Part shown: piece after piece, positions 1 through 7,622 of the stretch
Layout of the letters: each line of letters starts with the position of its first letter
How positions within the stretch are numbered: the first letter of the stretch is position 1
Source of the DNA: Pseudomonadota bacterium
Lineage (GTDB): Bacteria; Bdellovibrionota_B; Oligoflexia; Oligoflexales; CAIYRB01
Reading direction: 5' to 3'
Length of the DNA stretch: 24,444 bases
Assembly (NCBI GenBank): GCA_031416315.1
Contig: JANOTL010000129.1
Location: forward strand, 1-24,444
The notes under the pieces: generated by a model
What the model was told of the DNA's origin: nothing
Databases searched by the model: none
Seen by the model: only the letters and a program-made list of their open reading frames with translations
Position numbers and translations under genes: made by a program

Positions 1-35
1 GAACTCCGGTTCGTCATTCGACGGGACCGGAGTTC
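1..35. repeat. Inverted repeat / hairpin
   Basis: GAACTCCGGT (1-10) pairs perfectly with ACCGGAGTTC (26-35); inner CGTC/GACG stem with ATTC loop. Confidence 0.8.
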
Positions 36-105
36 GTGCAGTGTCAGGGGTGGTGGGGCGAGCCGGACACTGGGCGAACACTCCTCAACTTGCCGATTTT
101 ATTGA
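1..105 (+). CDS. Possible 3' end of a gene entering from the left (candidate large serine recombinase C-terminus), partial
   Basis: Frame 1 is open from base 1 to TGA at 103-105 (ELRFVIRRDRSSCSVRGGGASRTLGEHSSTCRFY*) and reads through the att-like site. Identity is inferred only from context (att site plus neighbouring recombinase-domain gene). Confidence 0.3.
   Translation, partial: ELRFVIRRDRSSCSVRGGGASRTLGEHSSTCRFY
32..79. mobile_element. attP-like recombination site with tRNA-Val 3'-end core
   Basis: Inverted arms GTTCGTGCAGTGTC (32-45) and GACACTGGGCGAAC (66-79) are 12/14 complementary and flank a 20-nt centre. The centre contains TGGTGGGG (51-58), identical to 10200-10207 (tRNA CCA end). 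The symmetry axis falls on GG 55-56. Confidence 0.7.
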
Positions 106-106
106 C

Positions 107-508
107 TTGCCATGCAAGTTCAACCTCATCCCCGACGCAGAGATTCTCCATCTCCGCGCGAACCAGAACCTCACAGCTGCCAAGATCTCCGACAGAACCG
201 GCGTCTCCAAAGCGCAGGTCTTGCGGCGCCTCCACCGGATGAATGTTCGTCGCGACGTCGGCACCGAGATCCGGCGCGGGCCGCAGCATGTCCCCTTCTG
301 CATTCGTCTTGTCGGCGGACGCCTCCGGGAGCATCGACAGGAAATTCGGGTCGCTCGACTGATCGTCGAGCTGCGACAGCGCCAAGACCTGGCGTGGGGA
401 GGCATCGTCCAGAAACTCAACGCGGCTGGCCTAAAGACTCGCGAGGGCAAGGAATGGGGTCTGACGACCGTGGCCCGGGTCTTCAAGCGTTGGAGTGGAA
501 AGTTGTGA
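107..508 (+). CDS. Small HTH + serine-recombinase 'Recombinase' (PF07508-like) DNA-binding domain protein, no catalytic resolvase domain
   Basis: HTH-like LTAAKISDRTGVSKAQVLRRL, then VPFC..VGGRL..H.QE..V..LI..LR...LAWGGIVQKLNAAGLKTREGKEW..TTVARV, which fits the recombinase-domain pattern. Start is uncertain: TTG 107 right after the frame-1 stop, or GTG 41/50/53. Confidence 0.75.
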   Translation: MPCKFNLIPDAEILHLRANQNLTAAKISDRTGVSKAQVLRRLHRMNVRRDVGTEIRRGPQHVPFCIRLVGGRLREHRQEIRVARLIVELRQRQDLAWGGIVQKLNAAGLKTREGKEWGLTTVARVFKRWSGKL

Positions 509-602
509 TCAACGCACCGCTGAATGTTGAACAGGGCGATACATCTCCAGTTGAGGAAGGATATTGGAGAGCTGCAACTGCTCGGGAAAACAATTTTTGG
601 CT

Positions 603-1295
603 TCACGGAGTCGGCGAGCACGCCATTCCAAGCGTCGCACCCTCGCGTCCAAACCCTGGCTCGGCCGGATACCCATTCGTCAAGGCGACACGTTCCGCGG
701 TCGTGAGCGACATGATCCCGCCCCGTCTGCTGTAGCTCATGATGGAGTCACGGTCTTCGTGCAGGTGGTGGTATCCGAGACAATGGATGATTTCGTGGGT
801 CAACGTCGCCCTGAAGCCAGCCGCCGACTTGACGGCGCCCGGCGAGAGCTTGATCGTGCAGCTCGTAATTTCTCCGTCGGCACTTTCGGGAGCCGCTACT
901 CCACCGACTCCGGACTTAAGATCGCTCCGGACGATGCGAATCGTGTGTGTCGCAGCGTAGCTCTCCGAAAAGATCATCTCTCCGGCGGCGGGCTGATCGA
1001 GGTCCGGAAACTGCCCAGGGTAGGTCTGAAGCCGAAGAAATGACGTCTGAACGCTGCGAAAATCGCCTAGAACCATCGCGACAACGGCCCCACGCCTCTC
1101 GCCCTCGGCAACGCCCTCGAGGGGCGTGGTGTCGTCCCAGAACGTCGTCGTATCGAAGCCTTCCGCGATAATTTCCGGATCAAAGTCGATCCAAACCGTC
1201 GGTTGCTGAGGCGAGACGTCCCAGCGCGCGCTGAATAGCGGACGAAATCCGAAGCTGAGGCCGGCGAATATCAAGATCACTGCGACTCTATACAC
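603..1295 (-). CDS. Exported metzincin (matrixin-like) zinc metalloprotease
   Basis: HEIIHCLGYHH = HExxHxxGxxH, Met-turn SIMSY, hydrophobic N-terminal signal, G-rich RBS before GTG. Confidence 0.85.
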   Translation of the reverse strand: MYRVAVILIFAGLSFGFRPLFSARWDVSPQQPTVWIDFDPEIIAEGFDTTTFWDDTTPLEGVAEGERRGAVVAMVLGDFRSVQTSFLRLQTYPGQFPDLDQPAAGEMIFSESYAATHTIRIVRSDLKSGVGGVAAPESADGEITSCTIKLSPGAVKSAAGFRATLTHEIIHCLGYHHLHEDRDSIMSYSRRGGIMSLTTAERVALTNGYPAEPGFGREGATLGMACSPTP

Positions 1296-1307
1296 CTCAC
1301 CCCCCTC

Positions 1308-1703
1308 TCACCATCCGACCGTAACTCCGGCAAGACCCATAGCCCTGGTTTCGCCGCTGCCTGCGCATGTTCCGAGGAACTCGAACGTCAGCCCAGCGAC
1401 GCGGATGAAGCGCCATTCGTAGCCGACGGTGCCGTACCACCCCAGATGCGGGTAAGGCATGCCGAGACCAAAACCGGCAAAAGTCGAACCCTTCCAAACG
1501 CGCGTCCCGCCATAAAGCCCGATACCCGGTGCCATGCCGAGGTCAAAGCTACCGAACGAAAGACGGTAGTTGGTCGGAAAGTACGCCTCGCCGATGCTTA
1601 CGGATGCGGAAAAGACGTTGTCTTTTCCAGCGTTCGCCACCGTTGGCATTCCGACGATGGCAATGCCGAATGCCGCAACCATCAGCCGCATGAGCGTCGT
1701 CAT
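1308..1703 (-). CDS. Small exported protein, probable outer-membrane beta-barrel
   Basis: Signal peptide (MTTLMRLMVAAFGIAIVGMPTVANA), Gly/aromatic alternating strands, C-terminal GVTVGW with terminal aromatic residue. ATG 1703 overlaps the upstream TGA (ATGA). Confidence 0.7.
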   Translation of the reverse strand: MTTLMRLMVAAFGIAIVGMPTVANAGKDNVFSASVSIGEAYFPTNYRLSFGSFDLGMAPGIGLYGGTRVWKGSTFAGFGLGMPYPHLGWYGTVGYEWRFIRVAGLTFEFLGTCAGSGETRAMGLAGVTVGW

Positions 1704-2218
1704 AGTTCGATTCCGATCGCCCCAAGGCCAGTCGCCGGCCACGCGCCGGCAAAGATGCCGACGTCGAGGCCCATGTTGTACTCGACGCCTATGTAAACCG
1801 GCCCGAGAGGCTTGAACGCGACACGGAAGCTCGGCCCGATCTGGGTGTCGACGTCGACCGCGAGGTCATACGGCTTTCCGTTCGCGTCGACCTGGGTGTA
1901 GACCCCCTTTCGCCCGTAGTATGCGCCAAATCCGATCGCGGTCTCGAGTCGACCGAACCAGAATTTACCCCAATCGACCGACCACATGCCGTTCAGCATG
2001 TATCCCGAGACGAAATAGGCTTGCGTCCGCGCGCCGGCCGTCATGCCGGAGATGACGAAGTCTTTAGAAAGGTTCGCGCCGACGTTGAGCGCGGGAAGCT
2101 TGCGGCCACTCGTCACCGTCGAATAGCCAACACCTGCATACCAAGCGGACGCAGGGCCGGCAGGCCCGACGAGCGTGGCCGCCCAGAGACTCGCACAGAC
2201 GAAAAGGATGCGTTGCAT
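1700..2218 (-). CDS. Small exported protein, probable outer-membrane beta-barrel
   Basis: Signal peptide ending ASA; amphipathic strands (WYAGVGYS, LNVGANL, IGPSFRVAF, VYIGVEYNMG, GAIGIEL). Confidence 0.7.
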   Translation of the reverse strand: MQRILFVCASLWAATLVGPAGPASAWYAGVGYSTVTSGRKLPALNVGANLSKDFVISGMTAGARTQAYFVSGYMLNGMWSVDWGKFWFGRLETAIGFGAYYGRKGVYTQVDANGKPYDLAVDVDTQIGPSFRVAFKPLGPVYIGVEYNMGLDVGIFAGAWPATGLGAIGIEL

Positions 2219-2251
2219 GCCATCCGGTTCGGTCGTCCACGGAGACTGCCT

Positions 2252-2270
2252 TACTTAAGTTGTCGTAAGT
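2252..2270. promoter_or_regulatory. Putative operator TACTTA-N5-TCGTAAGT (copy 2)
   Basis: 15/19 identical to 4446-4464; lies 34-52 nt upstream of the 2218 start and overlaps the regulator's stop codon. Confidence 0.5.
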
Positions 2271-2986
2271 TCGACCTGAAGGCAGTAGGTATCTTCTCCT
2301 ACGCGTTTGACGTCGTAGCCAGAAGCACGAAGCTTTTTCCGCAATCTGTGCAGATGCACATTGAACGTGTTGGTGCCGTAGCTGCCGCTTCCCCAAATTC
2401 GGCGAACGATCGTCGGCCGGTCGAGGGTTTGCGCCGGCGCTTGCGTTAGGAGCGTCACGATCTTGAGCTCTATCAAGGTCAGCTGAACATCGCGTTCGCC
2501 AATGCCATTCAATAGCGCGTTACCGAGTTCGAAGGGCTCGCACGCGGCAGTCTGCGTCTGATCGATGGGCATCAAGCTAGCGCGTAGGCGGACCAGCTCC
2601 TGCTCGTAGTAGCGCCGTTGCTCCAGAATGCGTAGAAAGTGCCTCGCCGCGGCCAAGAGATCCCCAACGGAGACCGGCTTGCGGAACACCGCCGAAGCGC
2701 CCTTGTCGAAGGCATCGGCAAGGATCGTATCCGAGAATCCCGTGACGACGAAAACGATCGGCACATCGGTCCCGGAGTCGGCGAGCCGAGTCAAGAGATC
2801 GACGCCTGTGCCATTCGGCATACGGACGTCGGTGATGATGAGATCCTGGCGATCCTCGGTCCAGAGATCAAACGCTGCGAAAGCACCTCCGGCGGTTTTG
2901 ACCCGACAGCCTTCGCGCTCGAGCTCGACGCCAACGTGCTTGACGAATGCGTCGTCGTCATCGACGAGAAGGACGCTCGGAGTCAT
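2255..2986 (-). CDS. Response regulator, REC + OmpR/PhoB-type winged helix
   Basis: VLLVDDD, IITDVRMP (phospho-Asp), VVTG, FRKP; C-terminal LTLIELKIV..L...IWG.....NTFNVHLHRLRKKL. ATG 2986 overlaps the kinase TGA; the ORF-track extension to 3184 is not used. Confidence 0.92.
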   Translation of the reverse strand: MTPSVLLVDDDDAFVKHVGVELEREGCRVKTAGGAFAAFDLWTEDRQDLIITDVRMPNGTGVDLLTRLADSGTDVPIVFVVTGFSDTILADAFDKGASAVFRKPVSVGDLLAAARHFLRILEQRRYYEQELVRLRASLMPIDQTQTAACEPFELGNALLNGIGERDVQLTLIELKIVTLLTQAPAQTLDRPTIVRRIWGSGSYGTNTFNVHLHRLRKKLRASGYDVKRVGEDTYCLQVELTTT

Positions 2987-4365
2987 GACTCTCCTCGCAA
3001 GAGCACGGCGATGTCTTCGATTTGGGTCGAGCTCGGAACGATATGGACCGGGCCACGAAACCCAAGCTCGCCGGCATGAACGGCGGCGAGCACCTCTTCG
3101 GCAAAGGCCTGGCCCGATATCGGGTAGGCGTTGGCATCGCACAAAACCATGGTCACGGGCGTAGTCGCGAGAATCTGCAAGCACTCACTAACCGTCGCAG
3201 CGAAAAGAACTCTCGTGTCAACATTGACCGCGGCGAGCTTAATCGTAGCCACTGTCGAGGCCCGGTCTGCCAAAACGAGCGCAGTCGCACCGTGCGAGCG
3301 CCCGGGCCTTGGCATTACCAAGCGAAAGCGCAAGCCGATGCCTGCCGCAGGCTCGCATGCGATGTCGATCTCGTTGGCATCAGCGAGCCGTTTCGCGATC
3401 GAAAGGCCCAGTCCCAACCCGCGGGCGTCGGGCGTATCGATCGTCGCAAAGGGGCGAAAGAGGTTTGCGGCAATTTCCGCGGGAAGGCCGGGTCCCGTGT
3501 CTCGAACTTCGATGACGACGCGACCGTCTTCAACGTCGACGCGGAGATCGATACGTTTTTCGTGCGACTTTTCGAGAGCCTCGACGGCGTTCTTGATCAG
3601 AACCAGGAGAATCTGCTGGAGGTGGTGCTCGTCGACGTGAGCAAAAGGCGCGCCTTCCGTCACGTGAACCTTCACAGTGACACCGCGAGTCTCAATGAAG
3701 CCTTCGAGCGTACGTAGGGCTTCCCCCACGGCAGCCGAGGCCGAAACCTCCGTGCGCCACGCTGTGCGATGCACGGCGTATTTATGCACGCCCCGACAGA
3801 CGAGATCCATGCTGCGAAGACCGGTCTTCGCGTTATTGAGACGCTGCCGTGCGGCGTCGGAGAGGATTGTCGCCGCGTCGCTTTCGAGCAAGGCCAGATT
3901 CGACGTCACCGACTGGATAGCTCCGTTGAGCTCGTGAGCAACGATCGATGAAATCTCGCCGAGAACCGCCATCTTCGAAGCCTGCAAGGTTGCTGCCTCG
4001 CGTCTCGTCTCTTCGGTGACGTCGATCGTATGGACGAGCGCGACAACTTCCGGCTCACGTCCGACGATGAAGGAACGCATCCAAAGCTCGCGGACCTCTC
4101 CTCCTTGGACGTGCATGCGCGTACGAAGCTCGGAATGGCCGTCTTCGTCTAAGCGAATGAGCGAGGCATTGAGGCGGTCGAGCTCGCCAGGGGGATAATA
4201 GCTTTCGATCGGCCGCTGTTCGTTGCCTTCCCCGTAACCCATCGCCCGCATCGCCGTCTCATTTTGAATGAGGACTTTGTTTTGGGTGAGTGAAAACAGG
4301 TTCACGATGTCGCGACTGTTCGAAAAGATCGTCGAGAAGTTATGGATCAAGTCGTCGAGCTTCAT
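2983..4365 (-). CDS. Soluble PAS sensor histidine kinase with degenerate C-terminal receiver-like domain
   Basis: N-terminal PAS-like region; H-box AHELNGAI, N-box LIKNAVEA, G1 DTGPG, F-box LFRPF, G2 GLGLGLSI; tail ...MVLCDANAYPISG resembles REC; no TM segment seen. Confidence 0.9.
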   Translation of the reverse strand: MKLDDLIHNFSTIFSNSRDIVNLFSLTQNKVLIQNETAMRAMGYGEGNEQRPIESYYPPGELDRLNASLIRLDEDGHSELRTRMHVQGGEVRELWMRSFIVGREPEVVALVHTIDVTEETRREAATLQASKMAVLGEISSIVAHELNGAIQSVTSNLALLESDAATILSDAARQRLNNAKTGLRSMDLVCRGVHKYAVHRTAWRTEVSASAAVGEALRTLEGFIETRGVTVKVHVTEGAPFAHVDEHHLQQILLVLIKNAVEALEKSHEKRIDLRVDVEDGRVVIEVRDTGPGLPAEIAANLFRPFATIDTPDARGLGLGLSIAKRLADANEIDIACEPAAGIGLRFRLVMPRPGRSHGATALVLADRASTVATIKLAAVNVDTRVLFAATVSECLQILATTPVTMVLCDANAYPISGQAFAEEVLAAVHAGELGFRGPVHIVPSSTQIEDIAVLLRGES

Positions 4366-4445
4366 TGGCCTATTCTAATCATGGAAGTGCTGGAAGCGAT
4401 GGAAGAATCAAACAGCTAATTTTGGCTACCAAGTCGTTAGGGGTA

Positions 4446-4465
4446 TACTTACGAACTCGTAAGTA
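4446..4465. promoter_or_regulatory. Perfect palindromic operator in divergent promoter region
   Basis: TACTTACGA-AC-TCGTAAGTA (9-bp arms) in the AT-rich 4366-4524 gap between the kinase and lipoprotein genes. Confidence 0.65.
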
Positions 4466-4524
4466 ATGGAAGTTTCTACACTCACCGATCGTCGCCTGGT
4501 CGTTCGACGAGGAGGGTGTTGGCC

Positions 4525-7500
4525 ATGCGTAGCGCATCAGCGTTTTTGGTAGCGGCTCGGCTGATGCTCTTTGGTCTGGTCGCGAGCGGATGCGAGGCTT
4601 CTTCGTCGAACAGTGGTCCTGCGCCGGCGACTGCGATCGGAACGCCAGATCCCGCTCCTGCGGGGACGAGCCCTGCCAATGGGCCAGGCCCGACGGATCC
4701 AAGTGGCGGCATAACTCCCGCGGCCCCTGATCCACAACAGTCGGGTTCGCCTTCGCCGGCACCGGAACCATCCGGCGAGACGGGCGGACCAGCGTCTCCC
4801 TCACCAGCGACCCCTTCAGGTCCGGCCGATCCGACCACGCCGTCGTCTGGTCCTACGCCGACCCCATCCCGAGCGCTACCTGATGCGCCAACAGCGGTGC
4901 TGACGGGAGTCCCGAGCATGAGCTCGAACGTGGCTGCTTTGTCCATAGTCGTCGCAGGCGAAGGCGTGACTCACTACCGCAGAAAGCTCGGCCCCGCATC
5001 GACGACGATTTGTGCCGATGAAATCGGATACGGCACCGAAACTGTCGTCGCGACGAAAGTTAGCGACTCGCTCGCGCCGTTCGATGACGGGCCAATACGC
5101 CTCTGCATCGTCGCTCGTGGCGCAAATACGACTTTTCAAGGGTTCGCGACTGCAACGGCCGCGACATGGGCGAATGACATGACGCCGCCGGCGGCACCCG
5201 CCACACTCAGCGCCACGTCTTCCGAAGCCAGCATTTCGCTGAGCTGGACGTCGTCTGCCGGTGCCGCCGGTTACGTCGTAGTGCGAACCACGAATCCGTC
5301 GCTCACCTTCGAACCCTCGCGCGGCGATGCCTACCTTTCGGGCAACGAACCTAAGATGGGCGAAAAGATAGTGTATGTGGGGCCAAACTCTAGCACGGTC
5401 GTAAACGGCCTTCAAAACGGCTCGAGCCACCGCTTTGCGGTCTATTCCTTCGACGACCTTTACAACTATTCGACGACCGCAAGCGAAGCCTCCGCGATCC
5501 CCGTGGGCCCGCTCGCAATCTGGCAAGCGTTCTCTGGATGGGGCGCCGGCGAGGTACGCGTCATGACCTCGGTGGGAACGACGCTCTACGTCGCCGGTGG
5601 CTTCAGCTTCCTAGGCCCCTTCACTGGTTCGGGTGTCATCGTCAACCGGGTGACCGGCGCATCCGCGCCGCCAACCGGAGTCAAGATCACGGGAGAAGTG
5701 CTTGCCGCCGTCGCGGACGGCAGCGGCGGCTGGTTCGTCGGCGGGGAGTTTTATGGGTTCGACTCGGTGCGCTATCTCCTCCACATCAAAAGCGATGGAT
5801 CCCTCGACACTTGGGATCCGGCACTCGACGGTAAGGTGCGGGCGATCGTGCGAAGCGGCAGCACTCTTTACGTCGGCGGCGAGTTTCGAAACGTCGGTGC
5901 AGTGACGCGGAACCGTGCCGCGGCAATCTCGACCACGACGGGGCTGGCTTCCAGCTGGCACCCGAACGTCGATAACACCGTAAACGCGCTGTCGATCAAC
6001 GGCTCGACGGTCTACCTCGGTGGATACTTCGCGTACGTCAATGGTATCGCTCGCAATTGCATCGCTGCGGTCACGACCTCGGGGACGTTGTCGACCTGGA
6101 ACCCCAACGCCAATCATATCGTCAACGCGTTGGCGATTGGTTCCGGAGTCGTCTATGCCGGCGGAAAATTCACGAGCATAGGGGGTCAGAGCCGCAAGAT
6201 CGTGGCGGCGATCGACGCGACGACGGGCACGGCGACGGCGTGGAACCCCGACTCGACGAGCTCGGCTCCTGAAGTGATGGCGCTCGCCATCGATGGTTCC
6301 ACGCTGTATGCGACCGGATATTTCGACAATATCGGTGGAGCAGCGCGCTCGAACCTCGCAGCTATCGATGTTTCGACCGGCTCGGCGACCGCTTGGAACC
6401 CCACGATCACCTCGACTGGCAAGGCCCTAGCCCTCACCAGTGACGACGTCCTCATCGGAGGCTACTTCTCGAAAACAGGAGCTCTCGATCGAAACAACGC
6501 GGCCGCCGTTGCCAAAGCCGACGGGACGGTTCGGAGCTGGGACCCGAGCTTTTCGTCGAACGTGAACGCCATTGCCGTCGACGGCGACGCCGTATTCGTC
6601 GGCGGGCGGTTCCTCAGCTCCGGGGGCCGACCGCGGCGCAACCTCGCCGCGATCGACCTTGCAACTGGAAAGGCTACTGACTGGAACCCTAAGTGCTACA
6701 AGGCTTCCGGCGAATCTATGCCGATCTGGAGTATGGTACGCGACGGCGCCACGATGTACGTCGCCGGAAACTTCGACAACTGCGGCGGCGCCGCGCGCTC
6801 GCACCTAGCTGCCATCGATCTCGCCACAGGGGCTGCACTGCCGCTGAACGTCGCGATCAATCAGCGTCTCTACAACGTCGCGAAGAGGGGAACGACCCTC
6901 TATCTCGGCGGCGATTTCACAACCGTCGGGGGCCAGACTCGCAATCATTTCGCTGCTATCGACACCGACGGCAACGTCCTGCCCTTGGATCCGAATCCGA
7001 ACGGCTCGACTGTTCGCGCCATCGCGGTCACAGATGACGCTATCTATCTCAGCGGGGACTTCACGACCGTCGCCGGTCAAAGCCGGCAACACCTCGCCGC
7101 GCTCAACTCGACGACGGGCGTGCTGAAGTCTTGGAACCCTGGGATGAACGGTGAGGCAGCACGCCTCCTAGTCGCGGGCGGTGACCTCTACGTCGCCGGC
7201 AGCTTTTCGACGATCGGCAGCGCGACGCGTAAAAATATCGCTCGTCTCAAACTGTCGGATGCAGCGTTGAGCGCCTGGGCTCCCGATCCGGATCAGCTCG
7301 TTTTTGATCTCGTTCCTTCGGGAGATCGAGTCTATTTCACCGGCGCCTTCACCAAGGTCGGCGCGACCGATCGAGGTGGCATCGCGGCCGTCGACGCCTT
7401 ACTGGGAGGTCTTCTGCCGTTCTCTGGCAACGGCTTCCAGGCCTCTGGAATCGCAGTCTCCGGGCTCGGTGTTTACGTGGGTGGCGCCTTCTTCGAGCTC

Positions 7501-7563
7501 GGAGGTAAATCCAACGTCTATGGTCTTGGCGTTCTTGGCATCAATTCTGGTTTACACCCTTGA
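4525..7563 (+). CDS. Large surface lipoprotein: Pro/Ser/Thr stalk, Ig-like + FN3-like domains, 14 beta-propeller blades
   Basis: RBS GGAGG 4511-4515, ATG 4525, lipobox ASGC, long P/S/T/G/A linker, FN3-like (PAAPATLSA..ISLSW..GYVV..GLQNGSSHRFAVYSFD), 14 repeats of about 48 aa (V.AL...G.TLYVGG.F..IGG..R..LAAID..TG....WNP). Confidence 0.88.
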   Translation: MRSASAFLVAARLMLFGLVASGCEASSSNSGPAPATAIGTPDPAPAGTSPANGPGPTDPSGGITPAAPDPQQSGSPSPAPEPSGETGGPASPSPATPSGPADPTTPSSGPTPTPSRALPDAPTAVLTGVPSMSSNVAALSIVVAGEGVTHYRRKLGPASTTICADEIGYGTETVVATKVSDSLAPFDDGPIRLCIVARGANTTFQGFATATAATWANDMTPPAAPATLSATSSEASISLSWTSSAGAAGYVVVRTTNPSLTFEPSRGDAYLSGNEPKMGEKIVYVGPNSSTVVNGLQNGSSHRFAVYSFDDLYNYSTTASEASAIPVGPLAIWQAFSGWGAGEVRVMTSVGTTLYVAGGFSFLGPFTGSGVIVNRVTGASAPPTGVKITGEVLAAVADGSGGWFVGGEFYGFDSVRYLLHIKSDGSLDTWDPALDGKVRAIVRSGSTLYVGGEFRNVGAVTRNRAAAISTTTGLASSWHPNVDNTVNALSINGSTVYLGGYFAYVNGIARNCIAAVTTSGTLSTWNPNANHIVNALAIGSGVVYAGGKFTSIGGQSRKIVAAIDATTGTATAWNPDSTSSAPEVMALAIDGSTLYATGYFDNIGGAARSNLAAIDVSTGSATAWNPTITSTGKALALTSDDVLIGGYFSKTGALDRNNAAAVAKADGTVRSWDPSFSSNVNAIAVDGDAVFVGGRFLSSGGRPRRNLAAIDLATGKATDWNPKCYKASGESMPIWSMVRDGATMYVAGNFDNCGGAARSHLAAIDLATGAALPLNVAINQRLYNVAKRGTTLYLGGDFTTVGGQTRNHFAAIDTDGNVLPLDPNPNGSTVRAIAVTDDAIYLSGDFTTVAGQSRQHLAALNSTTGVLKSWNPGMNGEAARLLVAGGDLYVAGSFSTIGSATRKNIARLKLSDAALSAWAPDPDQLVFDLVPSGDRVYFTGAFTKVGATDRGGIAAVDALLGGLLPFSGNGFQASGIAVSGLGVYVGGAFFELGGKSNVYGLGVLGINSGLHP

Positions 7564-7622
7564 GCGCAACACGCGAAGTTCAACCGATCCACGACCACTT
7601 TCGAACGACCGGGGCTGCCGCA

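Noticed and set aside
51..79. Possible second tRNA gene
   Set aside because: Only the CCA-end core and a displaced GTTCG match; no cloverleaf. Treated as an att site.
5550..7550. Recurrent TGGAACCC-like motifs at ~150-nt spacing, CRISPR-like at a glance
   Set aside because: They are codons of the WNP motif in propeller repeats, degenerate at third positions.
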